Below the pieces are notes generated by a model, which saw only the letters and a list, made by a program, of their open reading frames with translations, was not told where the DNA came from and ran no database searches. This document shows, piece after piece, positions 1 through 9,398 of a DNA stretch of 64,000 nt. The position numbers and the translations under genes are program-made. Each line of letters begins with the position of its first letter. Position 1 is the first letter of the stretch. The stretch covers positions 41,160 to 105,159 of the IMG/VR virus record IMGVR_UViG_3300025598_000024. The stretch is one strand, 5' to 3'. Source of the DNA: a virus.

Positions 1-18
1 GGCGGTTACTGCTCTACC

Positions 19-47
19 ATTATAAACGACTGCTGTCGCTGTGTCAA
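19..47 (-). promoter_or_regulatory. consensus sigma70/SigA promoter firing out of the left window edge
   Basis: minus strand reads TTGACA (47-42), 17-nt spacer, TATAAT (24-19); the -35 overlaps the primase stop codon. Confidence 0.85.
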
Positions 48-1081
48 GCACCAACCGAACTGATTTGCCAGGCCAGTGAACCCACTGATTCTGGCACCTG
101 CTCCAGTGTAGCAGGGTCATGCCCATCGGGTGTGTCAATCACTCGCACCCTGGTGTATGAGGATAGCTCACGCACCAAATTCCGTGTAGACTTTCTGCCT
201 GCCTCGTCACCATCCATGAAGATGGTAACACTAGAGAACTTGCGCAACAAATCAATCTGCTTGCCTTCCACCTTAGCACCAAACGTTGCTACCACGTTGT
301 TAATGCCTCGGCTCTTCAAGACTAGCACACTCATCGGGCTCTCTACCACATAGATATCTTCCATGCTTTGCACGTTATCCATGTTGTACAGCCATGCTCC
401 GCGAGGGAATCCCTTGCTGTTGCGATACTTGGGCAAGCCTTCTACATCCTGGATCTTTCTAGCGACCCAGCCGATCAACTTGCCATTCATGAAGTGTGGC
501 AAAACAACCCTGTCCACTCTCACGCTGTGCTCCCCAGCATATGAACGAGATACCTCAATCCTGTCACGGTCAACGCCGGTACGCATCTCTGCTTGTACCT
601 GCTCGCTCACGCCACGATCAGTAAGGTAATCACAGGGCATCACCCATCTGTTGATAATGGTATCACTATAGACTGGGATTTCTTCGCGCTTAACCGGTTC
701 CTTATCGAAGACCCCCTTGAGGCGATTGGTGAATTCTTCTGTAGGAACAAGCCTTGATCCTTGCGACTCATTCCGTAGTAGTGCAACGGCATCGCTACGT
801 GGCATTCCGAGCACGTTTGACACCAGCCAAGCCAGATCCCCTCCTCCGCACGTAAAGCAGTTGAAGAGAAGGCTGGATAGGTTAAGACTAGCTGATGGAT
901 TTGTATCTCCGTTTCGGTGGTTACCGAATGGTAGTGGGCAACTATGTACGAGCTCGTCTCCTGATGGCGTGATATTTTGAGCACCGATAATATTGACAAG
1001 CACACTGTATCCATCCAGACCCGAAAGGTCTTCTTTAGGTGCTTTATCATATCGGTTACTCGCTAGCGTCTTCATACTCAC
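44..1081 (-). CDS. dnaG: DNA primase (CHC2 Zn finger + TOPRIM)
   Basis: CPLP..H..D.NPS...FNCFTC Zn finger; KYRNS; VVES and MDGDEAG TOPRIM motifs; downstream of the helicase. Confidence 0.9.
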   Translation of the reverse strand: MSMKTLASNRYDKAPKEDLSGLDGYSVLVNIIGAQNITPSGDELVHSCPLPFGNHRNGDTNPSASLNLSSLLFNCFTCGGGDLAWLVSNVLGMPRSDAVALLRNESQGSRLVPTEEFTNRLKGVFDKEPVKREEIPVYSDTIINRWVMPCDYLTDRGVSEQVQAEMRTGVDRDRIEVSRSYAGEHSVRVDRVVLPHFMNGKLIGWVARKIQDVEGLPKYRNSKGFPRGAWLYNMDNVQSMEDIYVVESPMSVLVLKSRGINNVVATFGAKVEGKQIDLLRKFSSVTIFMDGDEAGRKSTRNLVRELSSYTRVRVIDTPDGHDPATLEQVPESVGSLAWQISSVGA

Positions 1082-2339
1082 GAACCACTCTTAGTGCAGT
1101 GCTATCACGAAGCTCGAATGCCATCATCCAGCTCTTTAAGTTACTACGTCGACTCTTCAGGATATCCAGTACCAGTGCTTCGTTAGCCTTCATCTCCTTG
1201 GTGCATCCAATTCCGAATGCCCAGTCAACGATCTGCTCTACCTGGCTGCTCAAACCAATGTTCGCCAGGCCACCACGGCCCTTCTTGCTCTTCATGGCTT
1301 CACGGTTGAACTGAGCCAGCCAGACACTGGCCATGCCCATCTCTCGATTCACACTAGCAACATCAGTGATTACCTCTGCCATCTGCAGGCTCTGGAAGTT
1401 GTTGGCTGTACCGTAGTTCTTCTCAGTTGTGATCCAACTTAGCTGGTCACCCACCATCAGGTCAGCTCCCCAGTGCTTGGCCTTGCTGTACAGCTCCATA
1501 ACACTACGTTCGTTCTTCTTGCTGGGGCTGTCGATCAACAGGTACTCACCGTACTCCATGACCTCTTCTCGAGCTTCCTTAAGTAACTTAAGTTCAGCAG
1601 GAGTAAGTTGTCCTCGCTCGTATCGACCATAGGGTACACCACTGGCCAGACAGTCCAATCGCATCAGGGTAAGCTCCTTGCGCAGCTCCAGGCTGGCAAA
1701 GTACACACGCTGCTTGCGTCGTGCTGCTTCCAGTGCAATCTGTGCACCCACCCAGCTCTTACCAACGTTCGGGATACCAACCACCACAGCCAGCTCACCC
1801 TTCTGGATGCCGTACATGTGGTCATTAAGTTCATCCCAGCCAAAGTAGATGCCACGCTTTTCGGTAGAAGAGTTAGCAACGTTGTCGATGTACTCGTTGA
1901 CCCGTCGCTCGTATCCCTGACCGTAGATCTCAATGCGCTCACGGGTGCTGGTGTCGCTCTGGATCTTGGTCAGGCTGCTGAGTGCAATGTTGATGCCCTC
2001 TTCTGGACTCTCTTCCAGCGCGTTAGCTGCCTTGAGCAGCACGCTCTGTGTCATTGCCTTGCGGTACTTGGCCATTAGTTCTTCGATCAGAACACCCACC
2101 AGGTACTCCTGCTCTGGCCATTCGTTCCTGGCAAAGTAGTCAGCGAACTTGGTCTTTAGGAAATCTTCTGTGATGGTCTGCTTGAACTCGCTACGGATGT
2201 AGTAGTCCAGGCTGTAATCGAACAACTCCTTCACTCCTTCATCGAAGAAGTGTTCACTGCGCACGCCCTTATTCCAGATATCGTTGAACGATTCCAGGTT
2301 GACAAAGTGTCTAACAAGGCTCTTCTCAATGTCTGCCAT
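1056..2339 (-). CDS. dnaB: DnaB-like replicative helicase
   Basis: Walker A GIPNVGKS, SLEL, AQFNRE, EQIVD, KSR motifs of SF4 helicases. Confidence 0.9.
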   Translation of the reverse strand: MADIEKSLVRHFVNLESFNDIWNKGVRSEHFFDEGVKELFDYSLDYYIRSEFKQTITEDFLKTKFADYFARNEWPEQEYLVGVLIEELMAKYRKAMTQSVLLKAANALEESPEEGINIALSSLTKIQSDTSTRERIEIYGQGYERRVNEYIDNVANSSTEKRGIYFGWDELNDHMYGIQKGELAVVVGIPNVGKSWVGAQIALEAARRKQRVYFASLELRKELTLMRLDCLASGVPYGRYERGQLTPAELKLLKEAREEVMEYGEYLLIDSPSKKNERSVMELYSKAKHWGADLMVGDQLSWITTEKNYGTANNFQSLQMAEVITDVASVNREMGMASVWLAQFNREAMKSKKGRGGLANIGLSSQVEQIVDWAFGIGCTKEMKANEALVLDILKSRRSNLKSWMMAFELRDSTALRVVREYEDASE

Positions 2340-3139
2340 CAGATAATCTTTCTTACTTGTCCGGTCTTAATCTCATCCAGCGTACGGTTGCGTGCAAACT
2401 CTCTGTAGTCCACACCATCCATGTTGTGTACGATCATGCGTTCCTTGAGCAAGGAGAAGATAGCACTACCATAGCCCTCGTTCAACTCTTCGATGGTCAT
2501 GTTGGTGGTGATGAACGTTGGACGGTTGTCTAGCGCACGCTGACGCAACACATGATCAAAGGTTGCTTCGCTCAGGTTGTTCTTGGTACGAAACTCCTTA
2601 CCAATGTCATCCAGGAAGAACACGTCGCTCTTGACCACCTTGGCCTCAAAACGCATCTTGTCCTCGTTGCTACCCCAACCACGTGTGAACTCGTCAACCA
2701 TCTGAGTGAACGTGGCGAAGTATACATCATAGCCAAGCTTGACCATCTCCTTGGCAATCAGGCTGCTGAGCAGTGTCTTGCCAGTGCCCCAGCTGCCGGT
2801 GTACATTACACCCATACCACCCTTGATGAAGTCACGGTGCTGGCTAAGGTAAACCTGTGCAAGATCACGTGCCTTCTGGTCACCGTGGAAGTCAGACCAT
2901 CCCAGGCGCTGGTAGTTCAGGCCAATACCTGCCAGTAGATAGTGCTTGTACAACTGCAGCTGTGCCTTGCAATCGCCGCAGATTCTGTCCTCACAAGTAG
3001 GGCACCCAGCCTTACTAAAACTATCAAACTGTGGGTACTTTTGCTCTAGGTAATCCTTGTCACCATCGTTCAAGAACTGATACGTGAGATCCACGTAGTC
3101 CTTGCCCCAATCAAATAGCGAATCTGTTAAGGAACTCAT
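2339..3139 (-). CDS. DnaC/IstB-like helicase loader ATPase
   Basis: Walker A GSWGTGKT, Walker B FFLDDIG, R....RPTFITTN; Cys cluster at N-terminus. Confidence 0.88.
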   Translation of the reverse strand: MSSLTDSLFDWGKDYVDLTYQFLNDGDKDYLEQKYPQFDSFSKAGCPTCEDRICGDCKAQLQLYKHYLLAGIGLNYQRLGWSDFHGDQKARDLAQVYLSQHRDFIKGGMGVMYTGSWGTGKTLLSSLIAKEMVKLGYDVYFATFTQMVDEFTRGWGSNEDKMRFEAKVVKSDVFFLDDIGKEFRTKNNLSEATFDHVLRQRALDNRPTFITTNMTIEELNEGYGSAIFSLLKERMIVHNMDGVDYREFARNRTLDEIKTGQVRKII

Positions 3140-3575
3140 CGGTTGCCATTATCCCTTCTGTACTAACCCTGTTTTCTTTCTTGATCCGGTTCTGCTGCAG
3201 CTCGATGTACAGCTTGTCCTGAATCCACTTGCTGCCCTTGGTGAAAGCTGTGACTGTCAATACCATGTTGTCCAGTTTGCCAGCATGCTTGTCAAACAAC
3301 AGCTCGATCATTGGCCCAGCGTCAGCGCCGTAGCGTTCGATAAAGCTCTTGAAGATAGCGATCTCCTTCACCCACTCTACAATGTACTCGAAGCCGTGTG
3401 CTTCCTTGTAGCGGTTGGCAAAATATAGCAGCAGCTCTTTGGCTGTAGGCGCTGCCAGCGATACTTCAGTTACCAGCTGTTGGATGTTGTCGGGCTGTTC
3501 CAGCTCTTCATAGTCATCATAGCTGTCGCTGTCGTAATCGCCGGGCTGTCCATCAAACGTTTTCTCGCTTACCAC
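3111..3575 (-). CDS. hypothetical protein in replication module
   Basis: ORF overlapping both neighbours; no recognisable motif. Confidence 0.6.
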   Translation of the reverse strand: MVSEKTFDGQPGDYDSDSYDDYEELEQPDNIQQLVTEVSLAAPTAKELLLYFANRYKEAHGFEYIVEWVKEIAIFKSFIERYGADAGPMIELLFDKHAGKLDNMVLTVTAFTKGSKWIQDKLYIELQQNRIKKENRVSTEGIMATDEFLNRFAI

Positions 3576-3924
3576 GGTTCGTGCTCCTTACTGCGTTGAA
3601 CTCACTTGACCTGCCTGCAAACGTACTGATCTTATCATTGATCCAGTTGCGCGTCTCACTGTCATAGTCATCCAGGTCACGGCCTGTCGGACCAATCGCT
3701 GACACATTACCACGGCTGATCAGCATGAAGCGCCACTTTACCTCAGGCACTTCACGGTCTAGCTCTTCGTGCCCATAGATCTGAATCCAGTTCTCGTCCA
3801 GCCCACACAAGAAACCCTCGTAGATGAAACCATCGCTGAACACTCTGATCTCTTTCTTGCGTGATGACATGATGGCCAGATTCCTTTCGAACATCTGATC
3901 ATCGGGTTGTGCTAACTTACTCAT
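3553..3924 (-). CDS. hypothetical protein
   Basis: ORF in the operon with overlapping ends. Confidence 0.6.
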   Translation of the reverse strand: MSKLAQPDDQMFERNLAIMSSRKKEIRVFSDGFIYEGFLCGLDENWIQIYGHEELDREVPEVKWRFMLISRGNVSAIGPTGRDLDDYDSETRNWINDKISTFAGRSSEFNAVRSTNRGKRENV

Positions 3925-3929
3925 GATAT

Positions 3930-4184
3930 TTACTTTCCTTCCGGGTTTTCCCAGTTGATGTTACCGAACCACTTGTCGAATACATCTGGACCAAGATCAA
4001 AGTCCAGCTTTTTTACTCTGCTGTTTGTTTGCTTTGGCTTGTAGATGTGCTCAACAAGATTGTATGCAGCTACAAATGGCAGCACAACAATGAACACTGG
4101 CAGAGTGATGATGAATAGCAACGTCATAACCACCACCAACCATACCTTGATTATTGCACTGTTCTTTTCTAGCATCTTAAGCAT
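3930..4184 (-). CDS. small membrane protein
   Basis: long hydrophobic segment IIKVWLVVV...LPFVAAY. Confidence 0.6.
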   Translation of the reverse strand: MLKMLEKNSAIIKVWLVVVMTLLFIITLPVFIVVLPFVAAYNLVEHIYKPKQTNSRVKKLDFDLGPDVFDKWFGNINWENPEGK

Positions 4185-5228
4185 CTATTCCTCCTCATAT
4201 TTTACATAGATTTCAAAATCATCAACAATATCATACTGTTCAAAAAAGTCTGGGAACTGCATGTCACCGATCTCACAAACTCTTGGCAACATCATATCAC
4301 ACACCTCATCGAATGTATCGTCATCATCGTAGTGCACTGCAACAGTGCTGATACTGTCCCTGTATTTTACAATGAACTCTTTGATTTCTTCAAGGTCATT
4401 CACCTGTACCAGCCTGACATCACCATATAGTGGTTCAAACAGATCCTTATCACTCAACCTGCTGACTCTCAAATAGTATGACGCATACTTGGAGTTAATA
4501 TATTTTTCTGTGAAGTCGCTCTTACGAGTAAATGGCAGCTTATCTCTGTACTCTTCTACAGCAGTAGAAAATACTGTGACCATACATCCGCTTATCATCT
4601 TGATAATATCTTTTGTTATGGGTCCAATGACAAAATAAAACTTTGGAGCAAGACGACCATGGCCATAGTAAGCCACGAAATCAAAACAGATCTCAGCAGA
4701 TAGAACGTAACTTATATCCTCAGACTTGATAATGCCAAACGAAAATCGCTCCGGGTATTCCCACACAGCTCTGTCAACTGTTTCATAATCACGGTACATG
4801 CTTACAGTATTTTCATTACCATAAACAATAATATCTGTCGCACGCTGCAGAGCGTTGAACCATCTGTCACTCAGGGCCATGCCTTCGAAGAATGGTGTGT
4901 GAACATTATATTCTATTCCATCAGCATGATGCTCTAGAACATTCTGTGCCAGGAACATATCATCCAGGTGAGGGCTTCTGATGTCAATGCTCTCAGCACC
5001 AGATAACTTAGCACAAAGAAAGATGCTCTTAGCGAATACGCCTGGGTTCTCGTCGCCACCAACAATAACAAATCTTCTGCCTGACGGGGTGAGGTCCTCT
5101 TCAAAGATGCTTGGTACTTCTAAGCTTTCAAAAAGCACGCGGTAGTCAGACGAAAGAAACCTGCCATACTGTTCTAAGACAGTTGCCATGTCTAGTGAAG
5201 GGTTGACGACCCAGCTGCTATTCAGCAT
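4185..5228 (-). CDS. LuxC-like acyl-CoA reductase fold protein; Arg at the expected catalytic Cys
   Basis: ordered motifs ENPG, ATDIIVYGNENTV, YPERFSFGII, DFVAYYGHGRLAP, ISTVAV, RVCEIGDMQFP resemble the LuxC family. Confidence 0.6.
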   Translation of the reverse strand: MLNSSWVVNPSLDMATVLEQYGRFLSSDYRVLFESLEVPSIFEEDLTPSGRRFVIVGGDENPGVFAKSIFLCAKLSGAESIDIRSPHLDDMFLAQNVLEHHADGIEYNVHTPFFEGMALSDRWFNALQRATDIIVYGNENTVSMYRDYETVDRAVWEYPERFSFGIIKSEDISYVLSAEICFDFVAYYGHGRLAPKFYFVIGPITKDIIKMISGCMVTVFSTAVEEYRDKLPFTRKSDFTEKYINSKYASYYLRVSRLSDKDLFEPLYGDVRLVQVNDLEEIKEFIVKYRDSISTVAVHYDDDDTFDEVCDMMLPRVCEIGDMQFPDFFEQYDIVDDFEIYVKYEEE

Positions 5229-6201
5229 CCAGGTGGCCTAGCTCACGAAGGAACCGGTCACGTGACAGGTTCTTTGCCTTGCTCTCTGTCTGGATATCGA
5301 ACTGTGGCATGAAGGTGCCAGCCCACTGGACCAGCGCACTGTTGGTGTAGTACTGGCTGTGTGCTCGCATTGCCATGCGGTTGTGACCATCGCTGAGCAT
5401 TTGTGCGTGGTCTGGAAGAGCATCGGCACGGTAGTTATCAAGAATGTTTTCACGAGGCGAGCTGAAGTGGATCACTGGTCGTTGACCACGCCAGCTATCG
5501 ATAACCATCTGCACACGTGGGTCATCCGGCTGAATGAACTCTGCTTCCTTGACCCAGTGGTGGTGGATATCCAGCACCAGTGCGCAGTGCTCTGCCAGCT
5601 TGAGCGATTCGTCAAGACCCCAGCTGATCTCGTCATTCTCGATGGTGATCACGTTGCGTGCTTCTGTTGACAAACGTGGGAGAACATCGATAATGCCCTG
5701 TGCACCCTGCGCGCCGCTGATGTGCACGTTGCACTTGAAGTCCTGGAACTTTTGTCCGTATCCCATCCAGCGGATCATGTCACAGTGGTACTCGAACTCA
5801 TGGATGGAACGCTCTACCACATCTTGCTTGTCACTGGCAAGCACGGTGAACTGACCTGGGTGGAATGACAGGCGAACGTCAAGCTCACGTGCCAGGTCAC
5901 CGATCTGCTTGAACCTGTCAGCAAGAATGACTTGAATGTCTGGCTTCTGCCAGAACTTCTGCCAAACCTCGTGAGTATACATGGGCAGAATGTCACTGCC
6001 CAGGCGAACCATACGGGTGATCTCTGGCCCTGCGCCAACGTTACGGATCAGCTTCTCAATGGCTGCCAGGTTGTGGTGCATGATCTCACGCATACGGATC
6101 TCAGCATCACGCATGGTCTGGCGGTTAAGCCAGGCAACTGTGGTGGAGCGCATGTTGCACTCGTCGTCACCGATGTACTTACAACAGAATCCTACTCGCA
6201 T
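5218..6201 (-). CDS. uvsE: UV damage endonuclease (UvsE/UVDE)
   Basis: GFCCK start, RLGSD, RLSFHPGQF, TIENDE, VLDIHHH, HFSS, RAHS, ESKAKN. Confidence 0.93.
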   Translation of the reverse strand: MRVGFCCKYIGDDECNMRSTTVAWLNRQTMRDAEIRMREIMHHNLAAIEKLIRNVGAGPEITRMVRLGSDILPMYTHEVWQKFWQKPDIQVILADRFKQIGDLARELDVRLSFHPGQFTVLASDKQDVVERSIHEFEYHCDMIRWMGYGQKFQDFKCNVHISGAQGAQGIIDVLPRLSTEARNVITIENDEISWGLDESLKLAEHCALVLDIHHHWVKEAEFIQPDDPRVQMVIDSWRGQRPVIHFSSPRENILDNYRADALPDHAQMLSDGHNRMAMRAHSQYYTNSALVQWAGTFMPQFDIQTESKAKNLSRDRFLRELGHLDAE

Positions 6202-6206
6202 GTCCT

Positions 6207-6557
6207 CTACTCCATCACGTTCCGGCCCTTGCGGTAACGCAGTCGGTGTTTCTTGACTGGTTCCTTGAAGGCATCTACTCTTAGCACTATCAGCCTGAGC
6301 TGTCTGTCCGTCATCTTATCAGCTCTTCGCAGAGCGTGTGCAATCCTGAGGATATCGTTCAGACTGTACCTACGGCGATTGCTTTCGGTGCGGTGAGCGA
6401 CAATGGGATTGGCCTGATTATCAAACAGGTACTTCTCTTTCTTTCTGAGGGCGTTGGCTGTCATGTCAAAGAATGCAGCAGCCATCGTGGTGTTGAACAG
6501 CAGTTCATCATCCCGAATGGGGATGACCCTCTTTCTACTACTTGAGCTTTCTGACAT
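6207..6557 (-). CDS. MerR-like HTH DNA-binding protein (start moved to MSESS)
   Basis: AAAFFDMTANALRKKE...RTESNRRRYSLNDI MerR-type HTH and wing. Confidence 0.7.
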   Translation of the reverse strand: MSESSSSRKRVIPIRDDELLFNTTMAAAFFDMTANALRKKEKYLFDNQANPIVAHRTESNRRRYSLNDILRIAHALRRADKMTDRQLRLIVLRVDAFKEPVKKHRLRYRKGRNVME

Positions 6558-7212
6558 ACACAGCCGTCTTGATCTTGCCAGGCGTAGCTGCCTTGACAAT
6601 CTGCTCCATGCCAACTGTGCCCAGGGCCAGTTGCTTTTCCAGAGCTTCTTCATTGAGCTCGTACGTGGTGGTCTTGCTCATCTCAACACTACCATCAGCG
6701 AACTCAGTGGTGGTGTGAGTAGTGACCATATTGGTCACGCTCTTGAACTGTTCTGCATCCAGCACGGTCTTGAGCAGATCAACATCCACAGTAAGCTTGC
6801 CACCGCTGACTTCCTTGCTGATCTTGATACCGTTATCAGGACTGACCAGAAAGCCACTCTTCTCTGATGGGTCATCTCCGGTAGCACTGATGCGGTAGTT
6901 GATAATATCAGTGGCATACGCCTTGAGTGCGCTCTCACGGCCTTCGATTAAATCCTTGGCATTACGCACTGCGACAAGTTCTTCTGCCATGAGATCGATC
7001 TGCACTGGCGTGGCATTGCTGACAATGGTGGTATCAGTCATGCCGATGATCTCGTACACGCTGGTAAGCACACCATCAATGTCAGCCAGGTTCACGTTCT
7101 CTTCGCTGAGCTTGCGGTTTGCAGCACGACTGGTGAGTGTTGATTCTTCTGGTACCAAGCTTGGGATCAGCGACAGCTTTTCGTCCTTGCGCTTTGGCAT
7201 GATGTACTTCAT
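6538..7212 (-). CDS. hypothetical protein
   Basis: 224-aa ORF with AGGAG RBS. Confidence 0.7.
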   Translation of the reverse strand: MKYIMPKRKDEKLSLIPSLVPEESTLTSRAANRKLSEENVNLADIDGVLTSVYEIIGMTDTTIVSNATPVQIDLMAEELVAVRNAKDLIEGRESALKAYATDIINYRISATGDDPSEKSGFLVSPDNGIKISKEVSGGKLTVDVDLLKTVLDAEQFKSVTNMVTTHTTTEFADGSVEMSKTTTYELNEEALEKQLALGTVGMEQIVKAATPGKIKTAVYVRKLK

Positions 7213-7222
7213 TGTTTTCTCC

Positions 7223-7792
7223 TTACTGGATTTGCTCTACTTGTAGAGACCTTGTAGTAGTAACCCACAACGGGCCACCAACTCCTAGTGCTGTCAGTGT
7301 AGCACGTCTTGCTGCTTCAATCACATCACCCTTGGTCCATGGCCCGGTGTTACCCAGGCTTCCAAGGGCTTCGCTGATGCCACTACCGATAGCATAGCGC
7401 CCACTGGCAGGGATTGCAACACCAAAGGAATCATCAATCACTGCCAGGTTGTTTTGCCAGGCCATGATGATGCTACCATCAAAACTCTCGGTGCGCTTGC
7501 TCACTGACATAGCTCCATGATACTGCAGTGCTTCACGCATCCTGGTGACAACTTCTTTCACCATAAACTCTTCAACGTCATGGTCATCACGGAAGTGTGG
7601 CCAGTCTACCCAGTGCTTGATCACCTGCATGGAACGTACGTTACCACAGCCACCAAAGATAAACCGATGCTGCGGTGCTACCCACAGCTTGCTCGAACCA
7701 TCATCATCCTTGGTGTAGTCCCAGGTTAGTTCGGAATCACCAACGATAACAACACCATCTTTACGCGTGATTGCAGCAGCGATAACAGTCAT
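7223..7792 (-). CDS. HslV/proteasome-beta-like Ntn peptidase
   Basis: N-terminal (M)T, GDS, SK, GxxG and AIGSG motifs. Confidence 0.75.
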   Translation of the reverse strand: MTVIAAAITRKDGVVIVGDSELTWDYTKDDDGSSKLWVAPQHRFIFGGCGNVRSMQVIKHWVDWPHFRDDHDVEEFMVKEVVTRMREALQYHGAMSVSKRTESFDGSIIMAWQNNLAVIDDSFGVAIPASGRYAIGSGISEALGSLGNTGPWTKGDVIEAARRATLTALGVGGPLWVTTTRSLQVEQIQ

Positions 7793-8625
7793 AGGTATTC
7801 CTTCTTTAACCTTTCCAGGTATACTCTACAATAGTCTACGTTTTCTTCTTTAGCAGTCAGGCAACCGTACACCCTACGGTTATCAATGATCTGTGGTATG
7901 CCATAGATTCTCAGATTGTAAGCAAACGTTATGTACTCGCAACCTTCGGGATGACCATTCTGGTAGCTGACTCTGTCAAACACATCACTGCGTATAAGAT
8001 ATGTACAGTGTACTATACCCACCTCGAACAGTCCAATAATCTGCCGTTGCAAAATAGTATAGTAAAACGTATCAAAGTCACCGTTTGTATTGTGGGTATC
8101 CCCACAGTCCATCACAGTTACATCAAAGTTGCTGTATGTAGAGTTACTGGGGAACGGGCCGGACGCTTCATTCTCATCGCATGCATAGCTTAGCATGGGA
8201 GCGATCACAGGCATGTTGGCTTCTACCATAGCATCCAGGGTTTCTGGAACCAGGAAATTGTCAACGTCGCTAGTAAAATAATAATCACAGCCTTCTTCTA
8301 CAGCTGCGATAAAGCCTTTGGTACGCACGGCTCGCATAACACGCTGCCTGTCAGCATTCCATTCATGAGTGGTGTATTTAGTTATAGGAGCTTGTAGATC
8401 ATAGTCTTCAAATATAACTTTTTTGTACAGGTCAGACACTTTGGCTGTCCACTCTGACAGGATCTCACGACTTCTATCCTGGTTGTTATTAGTCTTAACA
8501 TAGAGAATGATCCTATCCTTAGGATAGGACCACTGCTCTAATGTTTCCAGGTAGAACGGTAGTGTATGTTCCTTGTCCTTCACTAGGACATGGACAAGCA
8601 CTAACGGTTTAGTACTCATAGTCAT
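7789..8625 (-). CDS. GT-A glycosyltransferase resembling the procollagen galactosyltransferase (COLGALT) N-terminal domain
   Basis: LP..L..LE...YPKDRI.L..TNNN.D....L.EW, DYYFTSDVDN, VIAPML, YSNF, G.F.V..VHCTYLI. Confidence 0.8.
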   Translation of the reverse strand: MTMSTKPLVLVHVLVKDKEHTLPFYLETLEQWSYPKDRIILYVKTNNNQDRSREILSEWTAKVSDLYKKVIFEDYDLQAPITKYTTHEWNADRQRVMRAVRTKGFIAAVEEGCDYYFTSDVDNFLVPETLDAMVEANMPVIAPMLSYACDENEASGPFPSNSTYSNFDVTVMDCGDTHNTNGDFDTFYYTILQRQIIGLFEVGIVHCTYLIRSDVFDRVSYQNGHPEGCEYITFAYNLRIYGIPQIIDNRRVYGCLTAKEENVDYCRVYLERLKKEYL

Positions 8626-8911
8626 CCGTCACTGGTGCCAGGTCACTGTCGGGGTTGCGTTCGACGGGAGCTGGTTCGCTAGCAACAGCTGGCTGCTGCT
8701 CACTTATAAGTTCTTTGACAACGCTGGCGAACTGTGGCCCAACAACGTCATCCCACATGGCAGAGAACTGGTCTTGCAAAGCATCGACTACGATCTCACC
8801 ATCAACCAGCTTGATCTCACAGCCAACCTCTGGCTTGATCCAGTCCCACTCACCTTTGGAGTTGCGCACCTGAAGAGTTGCGCCAATACTTACATTAAGC
8901 TTCAGTTCCAT
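8609..8911 (-). CDS. hypothetical protein (MELKLNVSIGATLQV...)
   Basis: GAGGA RBS before ATG 8911; a diverged paralogous N-terminus at 11261-11365 supports the start. Confidence 0.75.
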   Translation of the reverse strand: MELKLNVSIGATLQVRNSKGEWDWIKPEVGCEIKLVDGEIVVDALQDQFSAMWDDVVGPQFASVVKELISEQQPAVASEPAPVERNPDSDLAPVTDDYEY

Positions 8912-9278
8912 TTTCTTCCTCTGTTCCTTTGACGTAGTTGATGAGGCTAAGGGCATACAGTGCCCTGTCGATGATATCACCATCAGGGGTAGGACAGTGC
9001 TCAAGGTATCTATCCAACAGTTCTGAGAGTGAACTCTCCAGCTTTTGGATGCCTGCCTCATAGAAAACGTATTCGTTAACAGTAACTATCTGCTGGTCTT
9101 CTGGTAGTTCAGAAAAATCTTCTGGCTCTTCCAGAAGAAATTCTTTTTGGTTCTTGCTCATCTTTCTGATCTTGTTGAATAAATAGATGCCAGCAATGCT
9201 TTTGCCAATGCCTTCCATCTTGCCCTTCACGTCAGCTGGCTTGTAATCCATGTCCAGCTCATACTTGTATGGTTCCAT
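8895..9278 (-). CDS. hypothetical protein
   Basis: AAGGAG RBS, 127 aa. Confidence 0.65.
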   Translation of the reverse strand: MEPYKYELDMDYKPADVKGKMEGIGKSIAGIYLFNKIRKMSKNQKEFLLEEPEDFSELPEDQQIVTVNEYVFYEAGIQKLESSLSELLDRYLEHCPTPDGDIIDRALYALSLINYVKGTEEENGTEA

Positions 9279-9303
9279 GTTGCTCCTTACTTGTTGTTAA
9301 TGC

Positions 9304-9393
9304 TGGCGGAAGCAGTGGGATTCGAACCCACGGAGCGCTTGCACACTCAACGGTTTAGCAAACCGTCCCATTAGGCCACTCAGGCATGCTTCC
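9304..9393 (-). tRNA. tRNA-Ser(GCT)
   Basis: GGAAGCA/TGCTTCC acceptor, ACGGT-TT-GCT-AA-ACCGT, long variable arm, TTCGAAT, G73, encoded CCA. Confidence 0.93.
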
Positions 9394-9398
9394 AGACT

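Noticed and set aside
1-18. GGTAGAGCA resembling a tRNA D loop
   Set aside because: No upstream acceptor or D stem; it is the promoter's initial transcribed region and is cut by the window edge
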